Part shown: positions 47,308 to 57,837 of the stretch, piece after piece
Layout of the letters: each line of letters begins with the position of its first letter
Numbering within the stretch: position 1 is the stretch's first letter
From: Candidatus Levyibacteriota bacterium
GTDB lineage: Bacteria > Patescibacteriota > Microgenomatia > Levybacterales > UBA12049
Direction of reading: 5' to 3'
Length of the DNA: 64,000 nucleotides
Assembly (NCBI GenBank): GCA_027459725.1
Contig: DAIDHK010000001.1
Location: forward strand, 3,411 to 67,410
Notes under the pieces: model-generated
The model's input: only the letters and a program-made list of their open reading frames with translations
Databases searched by the model: none
Told to the model about the DNA's origin: nothing
Made by a program: the position numbers and the translations under genes

Positions 47308-48252
47308 TTATTGTATATTTATGGGACCCAACGGCACATTGATATTGGAATCGTCAATAAAAAAATATAAAACCGGACCTTTTTGTGCTCCATCCTGTCT
47401 GTCTAAATAATTCATAACTTCCGGAGACCCGCCAAGCTGTTTGCCCGTCCAGGGTGACGGACCTGAGTCGGCAATATCAGCTACTACTGCTTTACCATTC
47501 TGCGGATTAACCACCAGCATTTTCCGATACTTAAAGAAACTGTTATATTTAGCAACATTTTGATTATATCCCAGACTGAGAAATGTGGGAACTGCGATAT
47601 ACCACTTCTCCTCCTGGATGTCCTGAGGTGTCAAATTAGCAGCTGAATCAGCCCAGTAGCCCCAAGCTCCCCGTCCGGGCGCCATACCAGAACCCCAGTA
47701 TTTTTGGACATCAGCCTGGGAAGAAAACATCGTATTCATTGAATCACCAGGATAACGAACTAAGTGCTGCTCTTCACCAATGTATCCGTAATTTTGATTT
47801 AACCTGATGCCATTCAACTCAGCACTTATCTTTAAACCAAAACGCACCGAAAGAATACCTGTAATTCTTTCTTCCTGATCCGGTGTTAAAGGGACAACTG
47901 TCGTGGGAAGTTTATTATATAAATCATTTATTAAAAACATTCTTTTATTAAGCTGCCCAAACTGCTCGTTAGTCTGAATATTGGGAGGAGTAACTGACGG
48001 AGTTAAATTAGGATCCTTAGGAGGAGCCACCTGTGCAGAGGCAGGAGTCGCAATAGATGAGGGTAATAAATTAGGCGTAACAGTCAGCATAACAATACTA
48101 GCCGCAGAGGCAGTCAGGTGAGCTGTATGGCGGGTTAGCCATTCCAGTGCATCCTTATGTTTCTGCCATAGCCTCTCGTGTAACTTTTTTTCCCTTTGGG
48201 TCCACTTATTCTTAAGATTTTCGTAATGAGAAATATAATTTTTTTGCGACAT
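47308..48252 (-). CDS. Membrane-anchored protein with a C-terminal DPBB-like (RlpA/3D-domain-like) putative wall-lytic domain
   Basis: TM after a charged N-terminus, Pro/Thr linker, then NGKAVVADIADSGPSPWTGKQLGGSPEVMNYL resembling the RlpA/3D double-psi barrel core. Confidence 0.5.
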   Translation of the reverse strand: MSQKNYISHYENLKNKWTQREKKLHERLWQKHKDALEWLTRHTAHLTASAASIVMLTVTPNLLPSSIATPASAQVAPPKDPNLTPSVTPPNIQTNEQFGQLNKRMFLINDLYNKLPTTVVPLTPDQEERITGILSVRFGLKISAELNGIRLNQNYGYIGEEQHLVRYPGDSMNTMFSSQADVQKYWGSGMAPGRGAWGYWADSAANLTPQDIQEEKWYIAVPTFLSLGYNQNVAKYNSFFKYRKMLVVNPQNGKAVVADIADSGPSPWTGKQLGGSPEVMNYLDRQDGAQKGPVLYFFIDDSNINVPLGPINIQ

Positions 48253-48785
48253 AGTTGAAGAGCTCTTAGCAATACCTGAAGATCTTTACCACTCATTCCA
48301 GTTTGGCATGCTCAGGAGTAAGTGTCAAATTTAAAGAATATACTTTTTCAAAAATCTCTGTTTCATAACTTCAACTAATAAGAGTTACGTTGAAACTAGA
48401 ATGATTAAAATAAAAAAGTATAACGTAGGAGAAGTAACCAAATCTAAAATTCCAACTAAAGGCGAGAAGGACAACAGCAAAGAAGTAACAAGAGTTAATT
48501 TGATATTCAGAGGAAGGTAATTAAATAGTTACACCAGGATCAATAATTAAAGAATTAACCTTAAACTGACACAAAAAGAGATGCAGAGAATTTACATTTC
48601 TAATGTATTCAAGCCATATAAATATAGTCAATATAAAGATTTTGTAGTTGATAAATTACATAAGCGAATCAAAATATCTGCAAGATAACTCACAAAATTT
48701 TAAAAATCGACTCTTTTTAATTCATACAGTCATGGAATCTGTAACTAAATATAAGATCAATAACCTATACTGTATCGGATACAAT

Positions 48786-50030
48786 TTATTGTGGTAAAAA
48801 CTGAGAAACTAAGAGAGCAATTGAACTAACGGCAATCAAAATAAAAGTAATAATGACTATGATATTTATTAAACGGCTGTTTCGATAGCCATTTAATAAT
48901 TTCTTATCATTCGAAAGAATATAAACAAAAACTAAGATTGGTAACAACAACACTGCGTTAATCGCCTGAGTGAAAAAAAGTATTTGCAGAAGAGGTAAAA
49001 AGGGAGCAATAACTAGCAGAGCACCAATAAGCAAACTAAAGGCGAACAAACCGTAAAACTCTGGCGCCTCATTAAAGGAAAAATTAAGCCCTGACTCAAA
49101 TCCAAAAGCCTCAGTAATCACATATGAAGTCGATACAGGCACCAAAGCTGCTCCAAATAATGAAGCATTTAATAATCCAAGCCCAAAGAGTATACCCGCA
49201 AACTTTCCTGCTAAAGGTTCAAGAGCAATTGCCGCATCTTTGGCATCTGCAATGGTTATATTATGCACAAACAGAGTTACTGCACAAGCAACAATTATAA
49301 AAAAGGAGATAAAATTGGTAATAAACGATCCAAAAAATACATCGGCTCTTTCCGGATTAAGATCTTCTTTGGTTAATTTTTTATCTACCACATAATCCTG
49401 AATAAAAAATTGTCCCCAGGGAGTTATTGTAGTACCTATTACCGCAATAAGAGTTATCAGATAATTTTTATTCAAACTAAAATCAGGTCTCACCAGACTG
49501 CCTACTGCTGCTCCCCAGTTGGGATGTGACATAAATGCCGAAACAATATAAACCAGATAAAAAACTGATAATAATAAAAAGAGTCTTTCCAGCTTCTTAA
49601 AACTCCCTTTAGTTACTAAAAAATAGACTAATAAAACAGACAGTGGAATTGAGATATATTTACTGACATTAAAAATCTCAAGAGCTGATGCTATACCGGC
49701 AAACTCTGCGGCAATAGTACCGATATTGGCAATCAATAGCACTACCATAATAAAGGTAGTCCAGCGAATACCAAATTTCTCACGAATCAGTGATGCCAGA
49801 CCTTTACCGGTTGCCAGTCCCATACGAGCACCTATTTCCTGCGTAATTGCCAAACTGAAAGTGGTTATAAACAGTACCCACAACAAGGAAAGTCCAAAGC
49901 TAGCACCTGCTACAGAATAAGTAGCAATTCCTCCTGCATCGTTATCTACTGAACCAGAGATAATTCCAGGTCCTAATATAGCTAAGATTGGTAAGATTCT
50001 TCCCAGACGACTTTTAAATAGGTTCCTCAT
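48786..50030 (-). CDS. mntH: NRAMP-family divalent metal (Mn2+/Fe2+) transporter
   Basis: GPGIISGSVDNDAGGIATYS (DPGN-type motif), 11-12 TMs. Start trimmed to the ATG (MRNLFKS) that overlaps the upstream gene by about 17 nt. Confidence 0.8.
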   Translation of the reverse strand: MRNLFKSRLGRILPILAILGPGIISGSVDNDAGGIATYSVAGASFGLSLLWVLFITTFSLAITQEIGARMGLATGKGLASLIREKFGIRWTTFIMVVLLIANIGTIAAEFAGIASALEIFNVSKYISIPLSVLLVYFLVTKGSFKKLERLFLLLSVFYLVYIVSAFMSHPNWGAAVGSLVRPDFSLNKNYLITLIAVIGTTITPWGQFFIQDYVVDKKLTKEDLNPERADVFFGSFITNFISFFIIVACAVTLFVHNITIADAKDAAIALEPLAGKFAGILFGLGLLNASLFGAALVPVSTSYVITEAFGFESGLNFSFNEAPEFYGLFAFSLLIGALLVIAPFLPLLQILFFTQAINAVLLLPILVFVYILSNDKKLLNGYRNSRLINIIVIITFILIAVSSIALLVSQFLPQ

Positions 50031-51201
50031 ATTCCTCCCCCCTCTGAATTTGTTCCAAAACGGTATCCACAGAAATAACGCCAATCACTTTATTATTCTC
50101 GTCAACAACCGGCAGAAGACGTAAATTATATTCTGAGAATAATCTTAATATTTCTTTAAAGGGAGCGTCTGAGGTAACAGATTGAGCCGGAGTCGCCACC
50201 TCTCTAAGAGAAGAGTTTGCATCCAGATTAAATAGGTTTCTTACTGCAATTACACCTTGTATAACATCTTCATTATTAACTACTATTACAACTTCGGGTC
50301 GACGGCGCATTAAACGTAAAAAATCAATTGTTTCACCCACTGTTGTCTCTTCCTTTTCCCGATAAAAATTAACATCCATCAAACCCCCGGCAACATCGTC
50401 CGCATATGCCGATAATCGCCTGACATTTTGAACTTTATCCTGTTCCAGATTTTGGAATATTTCCTTACTAGTAAAAGGATTTAACTCTTTAAGAATATCA
50501 ACAATGTCTGCGACTGACATCTTTTGTACGATCTTTTTCAAGGAATCTTTGGGTAGAGTTTCCAAAATTGACTGTTGAGTTTCAGGATCCGCTTCACCTA
50601 ATGCCGCCGCTGCCATATGTGGATCAAGTAACTGTACTACACCCAGTCTTTCCTTAGTTCCTGCATCCTCTAAAATATCAGCAATCTCAGCCGGATGAAA
50701 GGCATTAAGACTATTATGACTTAATTTTAAACGAACCTGACCCATCTGATAATCAAAAGCTTCAATTAAAGTCCAGGGGATAGAAATGGTGCGTAAATTT
50801 AAAAAAGACCCCATACCCAGACGCCTTAACAAACCAGAAAATCCAATATCGATTCCTATAATTTTATAGACTCCATTTTTTTTCAAAATTACATCATTTA
50901 CGCGTACCAGACGTCTTCCCGTCACGTCAATCACCTGTTTATCAAGTAAATCTTCCGCCAGATAAAAATCTTTTTCATTATATGGGGAGAGTATAATATC
51001 TTCAGTCTCAATAAAAAATCTTTTTTCGGTAAACTTGACCTGATCAGTAGGCAGAGTGAACTTCTTGCCTTCTTTACGGATTAAAACTGTGGATACATTG
51101 GCGGTGGATAAATCGGCCGCCACACCGAAGTCTAAGACCTTTGCATATTCTCTTTGTCCTACATAAACTGGTCTGTTTAACAACTGGCTTAGATATACCA
51201 T
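50014..51201 (-). CDS. Soluble PRC-barrel + MgtE-N + tandem-CBS protein (MgtE cytoplasmic sensor module without the TM pore)
   Basis: N-terminal PRC-barrel-like segment (VYVGQREYAKVLDFGV...), MgtE_N-like helical region (ILETLPKDSLKKIVQKMSVADIVDILKEL), two CBS motifs (VIQGVIAVRNL, VIGVISVDTVL). No TM segment. Confidence 0.6.
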   Translation of the reverse strand: MVYLSQLLNRPVYVGQREYAKVLDFGVAADLSTANVSTVLIRKEGKKFTLPTDQVKFTEKRFFIETEDIILSPYNEKDFYLAEDLLDKQVIDVTGRRLVRVNDVILKKNGVYKIIGIDIGFSGLLRRLGMGSFLNLRTISIPWTLIEAFDYQMGQVRLKLSHNSLNAFHPAEIADILEDAGTKERLGVVQLLDPHMAAAALGEADPETQQSILETLPKDSLKKIVQKMSVADIVDILKELNPFTSKEIFQNLEQDKVQNVRRLSAYADDVAGGLMDVNFYREKEETTVGETIDFLRLMRRRPEVVIVVNNEDVIQGVIAVRNLFNLDANSSLREVATPAQSVTSDAPFKEILRLFSEYNLRLLPVVDENNKVIGVISVDTVLEQIQRGEEYEEPI

Positions 51202-51382
51202 ATAGCCCTCCTAAGAGTAACAGTGGAGAACTACATGAAAATTTTTGTCCAATTTAAATCACCAGTTTCAGCAACCTTTTAGGTGAACCAAAATACATAC
51301 CTGCCAATATACTCATGTCTATTCTCAACTCTAGATGAATTATCCGCCTCAAATTAAGGATTTGTCAATAAGAAGAATAAGT

Positions 51383-52480
51383 TTATATCATCGGAGTTAC
51401 TAATTTACCAGTTGGTTCTATCATAATTTTTTCATTATCAACTATTTTATGACCGCGCAGATAAATTGAGACTATTTTCCCTTTTATCCGCATACCCGCA
51501 AATGGTGTCCACCCACATTTACTGACAACTTTCTGGTTAGTTAGGACATATGACTCTGAAGCATCAATTTCAACATAAGTATCCAATTGTTCAGGAATAG
51601 AAAATATTTTTCTCGGGTTGGTATTTGTAACTGTAACTAATGTCTCCAGACTGATTCTTTTCTCCGCTACCGCTGTAAACAGCAATGGTAACATCGTTTC
51701 TACTCCAGGTACACCAAAAGACGGTTTCTCTCCATTATCTTTTTCATCAATGGTGTGAGGGGCATGATCAGTTGCCACTATATCGATAATCCCTCTTCTT
51801 AGACCTTCCCACAGAACTTCCTGATCATTAACAGTCTGCAATGGCGGTTTCATAATACCATAACTACCAAGTCTCTTTACATCGTCTGATTTAAGAAATA
51901 AATGATGGGGTGTCACTTCAGCTGTAATATTCATCCCCTGTTCTTTAGCTTTTTTTATTTCATGCACTTCTGAGGCCAAGCTGACATGCGCGATATGCAA
52001 TTTAGTATTGAACTTTTTCGCCAGTGCAATCGCTTTGCTCATTGTTTCACCTTCCGCGTGGACAATTAATGTTTTTCCTTCCGGAATTTTGGCAAAAATA
52101 GCTTGTGCCTGCTCATCTGTTACAATTAAATTCCCGGTTGTATGATTCATATATAACTTATATCCAAACACACGATCTTTAACTGTAGTAAAATAAGGTA
52201 TTGCCTCTGGAGTAGCTGCAAAATAGAATCCAAGATCAGAATAGATACGGTTCGCTGCTAAAACAACTTTATTTTCCAGAGCCTGAGGACTGTTAGTAGG
52301 TTGAGGGTTATTGGGCATATCCACAACTAATGTAACCCCGCCTGAAACGGCTGCTTTTGTACCACTCGTCATGTCTTCTTTTTGAGTGGCTCCCGGCTCT
52401 CTGAGATGCACATGCGCATCAATAACACCCGGTATAGTAATAAGTTTCATACTATTATTTATAATCAACTTTCTACTCAA
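51383..52480 (-). CDS. pyrC: Dihydroorotase
   Basis: PGVIDAHVHLREPG, VVDMPNNP, amidohydrolase metal ligands. Possible true start at the internal MKLITIPG. Confidence 0.85.
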   Translation of the reverse strand: MSRKLIINNSMKLITIPGVIDAHVHLREPGATQKEDMTSGTKAAVSGGVTLVVDMPNNPQPTNSPQALENKVVLAANRIYSDLGFYFAATPEAIPYFTTVKDRVFGYKLYMNHTTGNLIVTDEQAQAIFAKIPEGKTLIVHAEGETMSKAIALAKKFNTKLHIAHVSLASEVHEIKKAKEQGMNITAEVTPHHLFLKSDDVKRLGSYGIMKPPLQTVNDQEVLWEGLRRGIIDIVATDHAPHTIDEKDNGEKPSFGVPGVETMLPLLFTAVAEKRISLETLVTVTNTNPRKIFSIPEQLDTYVEIDASESYVLTNQKVVSKCGWTPFAGMRIKGKIVSIYLRGHKIVDNEKIMIEPTGKLVTPMI

Positions 52481-53543
52481 TATTCTTCTTAATTTCCTGA
52501 GCCAGTAACGGATTCCACATTGCTCCGGTTGCTGACATTACACTATCAGCACCTGCTTTAATATAATCAAAATAATCCTGCGGTTCCATAACTCCTCCAA
52601 TCCCTTCAATAGAAAATGAAAATCCTTTTTTCTCACGAATTTTCTTCAGTCGTTTTACTGTTTCAAGACCAGCCCATTTAATTCCTGTCCCGCATACACC
52701 CGAGCGGGCTCTGCCTTTACCTGGTAATGCCTGCTCTCCTTTATCATTAACAATGGCTGCCTGCAGCGTGTTAATACCGGCAATCGCGTTAGCATATTCA
52801 TTGGCAATTTCTGCTACTTTCTCCAACTGCTTATCATCCTGGTAATATCCTACCTTTAAAGTTAAAGGGAGATTTCCAATGACCTTACGAATACCCCTGG
52901 CTATTTTCCCCGTAATTTCTAGGTTGTAACAGACTAAGCCTTCGTTTCCAATATTGGGACAGGATAAATTGGTTTCCAGTAATGTGACTCCCGTTTCCAC
53001 AGCCAGCTTTGCCGCCAGAACATAGTCCTCTATAAATTCTTCTTGCGTCTGGTCGGGTTTAACGGTGCCCATAAAGCTCATAACCAGAACCTGTCCTCTC
53101 CCCGCGTAACTAATTGCTTTTTTTGCATCTTCCTGCCAGACTTCTACATTTTTTGAGGGTACACCAAATGAATTAGTAATTGATAAAGACCGGGTATAAT
53201 TGGTATCCGCTTGCAAAGGATTTTTTAGAACATCTAAGGAAAGATCACCGGCGGGATGAATAGCCAAAACATTGGGGAAAGGGTGACAGGGGAAAAAATC
53301 TGTTCTGACCGTCTTATATACCACTACATCAAAGCCCTTCTGGAAAGCTGCTTTAACAAAATTACTGTTTAAAACTGGTCCGGCGGGAATACCAAAAGGA
53401 AGATAAACTTTTTGACCCAGATAATCTTTAGCAGGCTCTCCTTTCTGCTGATATATTTCGCCATTCACAAAAGCGCCAAACGGTCCATTATCATAATTAT
53501 CTTCATAAGATTTTTTAGGATCATAAAATGGAATTTGTAACAT
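52473..53543 (-). CDS. pyrD: Dihydroorotate dehydrogenase
   Basis: GFDVVVYKTV, LETNLSCPNIGNEG (catalytic Cys region), C-terminal GIGGV. Confidence 0.8.
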   Translation of the reverse strand: MLQIPFYDPKKSYEDNYDNGPFGAFVNGEIYQQKGEPAKDYLGQKVYLPFGIPAGPVLNSNFVKAAFQKGFDVVVYKTVRTDFFPCHPFPNVLAIHPAGDLSLDVLKNPLQADTNYTRSLSITNSFGVPSKNVEVWQEDAKKAISYAGRGQVLVMSFMGTVKPDQTQEEFIEDYVLAAKLAVETGVTLLETNLSCPNIGNEGLVCYNLEITGKIARGIRKVIGNLPLTLKVGYYQDDKQLEKVAEIANEYANAIAGINTLQAAIVNDKGEQALPGKGRARSGVCGTGIKWAGLETVKRLKKIREKKGFSFSIEGIGGVMEPQDYFDYIKAGADSVMSATGAMWNPLLAQEIKKNIE

Positions 53544-53547
53544 ACAA

Positions 53548-54273
53548 TTATTTTTTCAGATAATCGATTACTTCTCTGTATTGCCCCTGGGAAATTTGCT
53601 TACTATCTTTTAAGTATTCCAAAATTGATGTAAAATTCATTGCAAAAAATGTTTTATAACCCATTTCCTCAATTTTGACCACTCCGCCCTGTTGGCGATC
53701 AATTAAGACAACCAGCCCTATTACTTTATATCCCAGATCATCAGCAATTTTTAATGCTTCGACCTTGGAATTTCCATGTACTATCAGATCATCAATTAAA
53801 ACAATCTTTTTGCCATTGCCTTTGGGTGCGTTTTGTTTGGCCACAACCGCTCTTTTCTGATCTCCATCTACCTTGTCAAAAATTTGAACTATAGGAACAC
53901 CGGTTGTACTCGAATAGCTTTTGATAAAAGCATCTGCTGCTTTAGGAATCGAAGTACAAAAATCAGCTTTTTCCGGCAGCTGTATTTGCGCCAATACTTC
54001 ACCAATTTTCGTATTTAAATTTTCTGGCAGACTTCTAAGATTAATATAAATGGGAGATAATGGGGCATCCGGTTTCTGTTCATGGATCTTCAAAGCGAAT
54101 TCTTCTGGAGTAAGCGCAAAATCAAACGGACTGGTATCCCGGTAGATTACATTAAATGAATAAGTACCATCAGCATTTGACGTTCTGCGCCTAACTTTAG
54201 CATTGGTTTTGGTAGAAACAAACAAATTAATTAATTCTTTTTGCGACTGAGTTAATTGTTTGGTATCCATCAT
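53548..54273 (-). CDS. pyrE: Orotate phosphoribosyltransferase (long form)
   Basis: KIVLIDDLIVHGNSKVEA PRPP-binding motif. Position between pyrD and pyrF. Confidence 0.75.
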   Translation of the reverse strand: MMDTKQLTQSQKELINLFVSTKTNAKVRRRTSNADGTYSFNVIYRDTSPFDFALTPEEFALKIHEQKPDAPLSPIYINLRSLPENLNTKIGEVLAQIQLPEKADFCTSIPKAADAFIKSYSSTTGVPIVQIFDKVDGDQKRAVVAKQNAPKGNGKKIVLIDDLIVHGNSKVEALKIADDLGYKVIGLVVLIDRQQGGVVKIEEMGYKTFFAMNFTSILEYLKDSKQISQGQYREVIDYLKK

Positions 54274-55115
54274 AGAAAAGAAATTATTTGCTGATATAAA
54301 CGCTGAGCTTCTGATTTCGCTGCCTGGGCATAGTCTATACCATTGGAGGCAAAAATTATACTGCGACCGGCATTTATAATCATACCCTGATTTTTACTGT
54401 TTTTACCTGCTTTAACTGAGGATTCCAGATCTCCTCCCTGTGCCCCGATTCCCGGAATCAGTATCGGCATATCTCCGGCAATCTGTCTGACTTTTCTTAA
54501 CTCTTCAGGATAATTTGCACCGACTACCATCCCGCAGTTTCCATATCTATTCCATTTTTGGGAAATGTTGATAGCTACTTTCTGATAAAGCGGAATTCTC
54601 ATCCCGTTATCCTCAACCACCAAATCCTGAAATTCTGCTGAGCCGGGATTAGAAGTTTTAACCAATAAGATTACCCCCTTATCCTTTCTTTCCAGAAAAG
54701 GACGCAGCGCATCTTCACCCAGATAAGAATGAAGTGTAATTGCATCGACCTTTAAAATCTCGAATGCGGCAATTGAGTATCCATTATTAGTATTACCGAT
54801 ATCTCCCCGTTTAGCATCAAGAATTACTGGAATTAACGGATAATGTTCGTGGATATACGCAACAGTTTGCTGTAACACCGAAAATCCTTCTGACCCGTAC
54901 ATTTCATAGAAAGCAATATTAGGTTTAAAAGCACAGACATACTCTGCGGTTGCGTCGATAATGGATTTATTAAACTCAATAATTTGCTGTGAAATAGACT
55001 TAAAGTTGCTAGTAATGACAGCTGGTAATTTATCAACTTGAGGATCAAGTCCCACACATAAGAACTTATTTTTCTCCCAGTTTTTAAATAACTTTTCTGT
55101 AAAAATCTGCTCCAT
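54270..55115 (-). CDS. pyrF: Orotidine 5'-phosphate decarboxylase (type 2)
   Basis: LCVGLDP, ILDAKRGDIGNT, length around 280 aa typical of type-2 OMPDC. Confidence 0.8.
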   Translation of the reverse strand: MEQIFTEKLFKNWEKNKFLCVGLDPQVDKLPAVITSNFKSISQQIIEFNKSIIDATAEYVCAFKPNIAFYEMYGSEGFSVLQQTVAYIHEHYPLIPVILDAKRGDIGNTNNGYSIAAFEILKVDAITLHSYLGEDALRPFLERKDKGVILLVKTSNPGSAEFQDLVVEDNGMRIPLYQKVAINISQKWNRYGNCGMVVGANYPEELRKVRQIAGDMPILIPGIGAQGGDLESSVKAGKNSKNQGMIINAGRSIIFASNGIDYAQAAKSEAQRLYQQIISFL

Positions 55116-55212
55116 GTGTTATCCGAACTATAATGTAAACATATTTTGTTGTCAATGAATTCAACACAATTTTAAATTAACCTGCTACAATAGTAACTCG
55201 AACATCAACATT

Positions 55213-56247
55213 ATGCCCCATAAAGAAAAGAAAAAGGTACCCTTGATTATAAGACTGGCGGTATATTTAATCGCTGCTGTTATTTTTTTTATTTTCGGTT
55301 ACAGTTTTTATATCCTAACACGTGTACAGCAGTTTGTCACCAGCAGTACATCCCCAAAGATTGCCGTTACCCCCAGTGTTAATCTTTCTTCTTTGCCTAA
55401 TCAAACCAACCTTTTACTTTTAGGTAGTGACAATGATCAGAAATTTAGCGGTAATCCTCTTACACAAACGATGATGGTAGTGCATTTCGACTATGCTAAA
55501 AAAGAGATTGATATGTTTTCCATTCCACGCGATCTGTGGGTAAGAATGCCCAGTCTGACCTCATATGGTAAAATTGACCAGGCAGCAGAATATAACGGTA
55601 TACCATCCGCAATCTCAGTCGTAGAACAGACATTTGGTATTCCTATTGATCACTACGCCTGGGTAGGATTATATGGTTTTATAAAAAGTATTGATGCAGT
55701 TGGAGGAGTTAATATTGATGCTGTCCATCCAGTTTTAGATAATGCATATCCTACAGATATTAACAGCAGTAACCCATACGGCATAAAAAGACTGGATATT
55801 CAAGCAGGTATGCAGCATATGAATGGTGAGCAGGCATTAGAGTATGTAAGATCACGTCATGAAGATCTGATAGGTGATTTTGGCCGCACACAACGTCAAA
55901 GACAGCTTCTGCTTACATTGAAACAGACCTTACTTCAATCAAAATCATCTTTATTGGACGTTCCAGCAATCTTTGACAGCATGAAAGGACAGATTAAAAC
56001 TGATATTAATCCTTTGATTGCCATGCAGTTGGCAACCTTTTATATTACTAATAAAGGGAGCATTACACAAAAACAATATACCCTTACTCCCGGAGAGTAC
56101 TCCCAAGTAGGTAATTCCACAGACGGACAAAGTATTGTCATCGGAGATGCCACCAGCTCTTCTATGCTGGTAGGAAAAATTTTTGGAAGTAAAGCAGCAC
56201 ATATTACTTATCACAGCTTAACCAATGAGAAAGGAATCCAACCATGA
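55213..56247 (+). CDS. LytR-CpsA-Psr (LCP) family cell-envelope glycopolymer ligase
   Basis: N-terminal TM, NLLLLGSDND, TMMVVHFD, SIPRDLWV, EYVRSRH, GDFGRTQRQ LCP motifs. Confidence 0.85.
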   Translation: MPHKEKKKVPLIIRLAVYLIAAVIFFIFGYSFYILTRVQQFVTSSTSPKIAVTPSVNLSSLPNQTNLLLLGSDNDQKFSGNPLTQTMMVVHFDYAKKEIDMFSIPRDLWVRMPSLTSYGKIDQAAEYNGIPSAISVVEQTFGIPIDHYAWVGLYGFIKSIDAVGGVNIDAVHPVLDNAYPTDINSSNPYGIKRLDIQAGMQHMNGEQALEYVRSRHEDLIGDFGRTQRQRQLLLTLKQTLLQSKSSLLDVPAIFDSMKGQIKTDINPLIAMQLATFYITNKGSITQKQYTLTPGEYSQVGNSTDGQSIVIGDATSSSMLVGKIFGSKAAHITYHSLTNEKGIQP

Positions 56248-57245
56248 TCAAAAAACGGACCTTCATTTTAGTAGCAATAGTGTTTCTGCTGCTAGGATAT
56301 TTCACAGCCTCACAGCATACCCAAAAAAAAGCCCAGTCTTCTCCTATTCAATTTTATAATTCACAATTGGAGCCAACTGATAATATTATTCTGACAAGCT
56401 CGGGTAACATTTACTCCCTTTCTGCTAAAAATGCTTCACAGATAACCAAAAATACAAATTTAATCGAACCAATAACCATAGGTAATAATTTTGCAGGAGT
56501 ATATAAGCAGACAAATTATTCCTCACTGATAGAATATGATTCTTCCGGTAAAGAAATAAAAACTCTTTTTGACGGCAATGCGCAGAAAATAGATAACATG
56601 CTGTGGATAACCGACCCGGCCATAGATCCCACCCAAACACAAATCGCCTTTGTGTCAGATCAGAACCGTTTAATTACAGGTTTACCCGATAACGCACTTT
56701 TTCTTCTAAACCTGTCTAGTGGTAAAACATCGACTATTGCTTTACCTGATCATTATTCAGGTGGCATTGCTCATCCGGTCTGGGACATGGCAGATCCTAC
56801 AGTACTTTTATATGATTATTATCAATATACCCCCAATACTCTTGAACCATACTCAACGATCATGGAATATGATACTAACACAAACAATTCATTTCCTCTT
56901 ACCTCTAGTTCGCAGAATGTTTTCCAGTCATCTCTTTCACCTGATGGCAAACATATCATGTATTTACAGCGCAACAGTAATGGCCTTGATGTCTCATTAT
57001 ATCTGGCCGATTTCTCCAATAATGGTATAACCAACCCGGTTAAACTCGCCAGCGGAGATTATGCCTATCCTGAATTTTCATATACTCTTGGATACATATA
57101 TTATCTCTCAGCGGATGCGAATGACGGATATAATTTATTTAAATCTAAAGTGGTAAAAAACAAACTAACAGATGTTACTCCCCTCACCACAGGATCTAAC
57201 TTGCAAGGCAATTCTTCATATGAAATAAATGAAATCCAACCTTAG
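56244..57245 (+). CDS. Membrane-anchored beta-propeller (TolB/WD40-like) repeat protein
   Basis: N-terminal TM. Repeated SPDGKHI / DPTQTQIAFVSD-type blades. 4-nt overlap with the LCP gene. Confidence 0.55.
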   Translation: MIKKRTFILVAIVFLLLGYFTASQHTQKKAQSSPIQFYNSQLEPTDNIILTSSGNIYSLSAKNASQITKNTNLIEPITIGNNFAGVYKQTNYSSLIEYDSSGKEIKTLFDGNAQKIDNMLWITDPAIDPTQTQIAFVSDQNRLITGLPDNALFLLNLSSGKTSTIALPDHYSGGIAHPVWDMADPTVLLYDYYQYTPNTLEPYSTIMEYDTNTNNSFPLTSSSQNVFQSSLSPDGKHIMYLQRNSNGLDVSLYLADFSNNGITNPVKLASGDYAYPEFSYTLGYIYYLSADANDGYNLFKSKVVKNKLTDVTPLTTGSNLQGNSSYEINEIQP

Positions 57246-57826
57246 TCCTGTAGTAAGTATTCCTGTATTAATTTTCTTTCACCGACAAAACCTGGAACAT
57301 CTCTCATAAACATAAATTTTCTCAAACTATATTCCAAAGGTAAAAAGTTATTCTTTAGATAATCCTTAGCCTCTAATATCAAACTATCATTAAGATTATA
57401 AAGAACTGATAGATGTGGAGTATAGTTCTCCCTTTCATGTCGGGTAATCACATCTGTAGTAAAAGGAGCAATTGCTTCTAAAATCTGTAGATGTAAACTT
57501 TGAATCTCAGGTGTTCTTTCCACTTTAACTACCAGAATGTTTCCCAATTTTGGAGATGTAAATACATCAAGATCAGTTCCAATAATATCAATTGGCCCAA
57601 ACTTTATATCAGCTAATCTCGTTTTTACGGCCTCTTCAGCTGAAATATCTTCTAAATAAAATTTTTCTTTAAGTGTCAGATGGGCAAGATTTTTTAAGAC
57701 AAAATTTTCGGGCAAAGATTTTCGGATATCGAATAAATTATCGAATTTTTTTTTTGCTGTCACTACTTTTTGATTGACCATATCAGAACTTAAAGAAGTA
57801 ATTGCATATGACAAACTAATGTCCAT
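57242..57826 (-). CDS. 2H phosphoesterase superfamily protein (LigT/ThpR-like 2'-5' RNA ligase / cyclic phosphodiesterase)
   Basis: Two HxT/Sx motifs, HLTLKEK and HLSVLYN, about 95 aa apart. Confidence 0.65.
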   Translation of the reverse strand: MDISLSYAITSLSSDMVNQKVVTAKKKFDNLFDIRKSLPENFVLKNLAHLTLKEKFYLEDISAEEAVKTRLADIKFGPIDIIGTDLDVFTSPKLGNILVVKVERTPEIQSLHLQILEAIAPFTTDVITRHERENYTPHLSVLYNLNDSLILEAKDYLKNNFLPLEYSLRKFMFMRDVPGFVGERKLIQEYLLQD

Positions 57827-57837
57827 ATATTTAGAAA

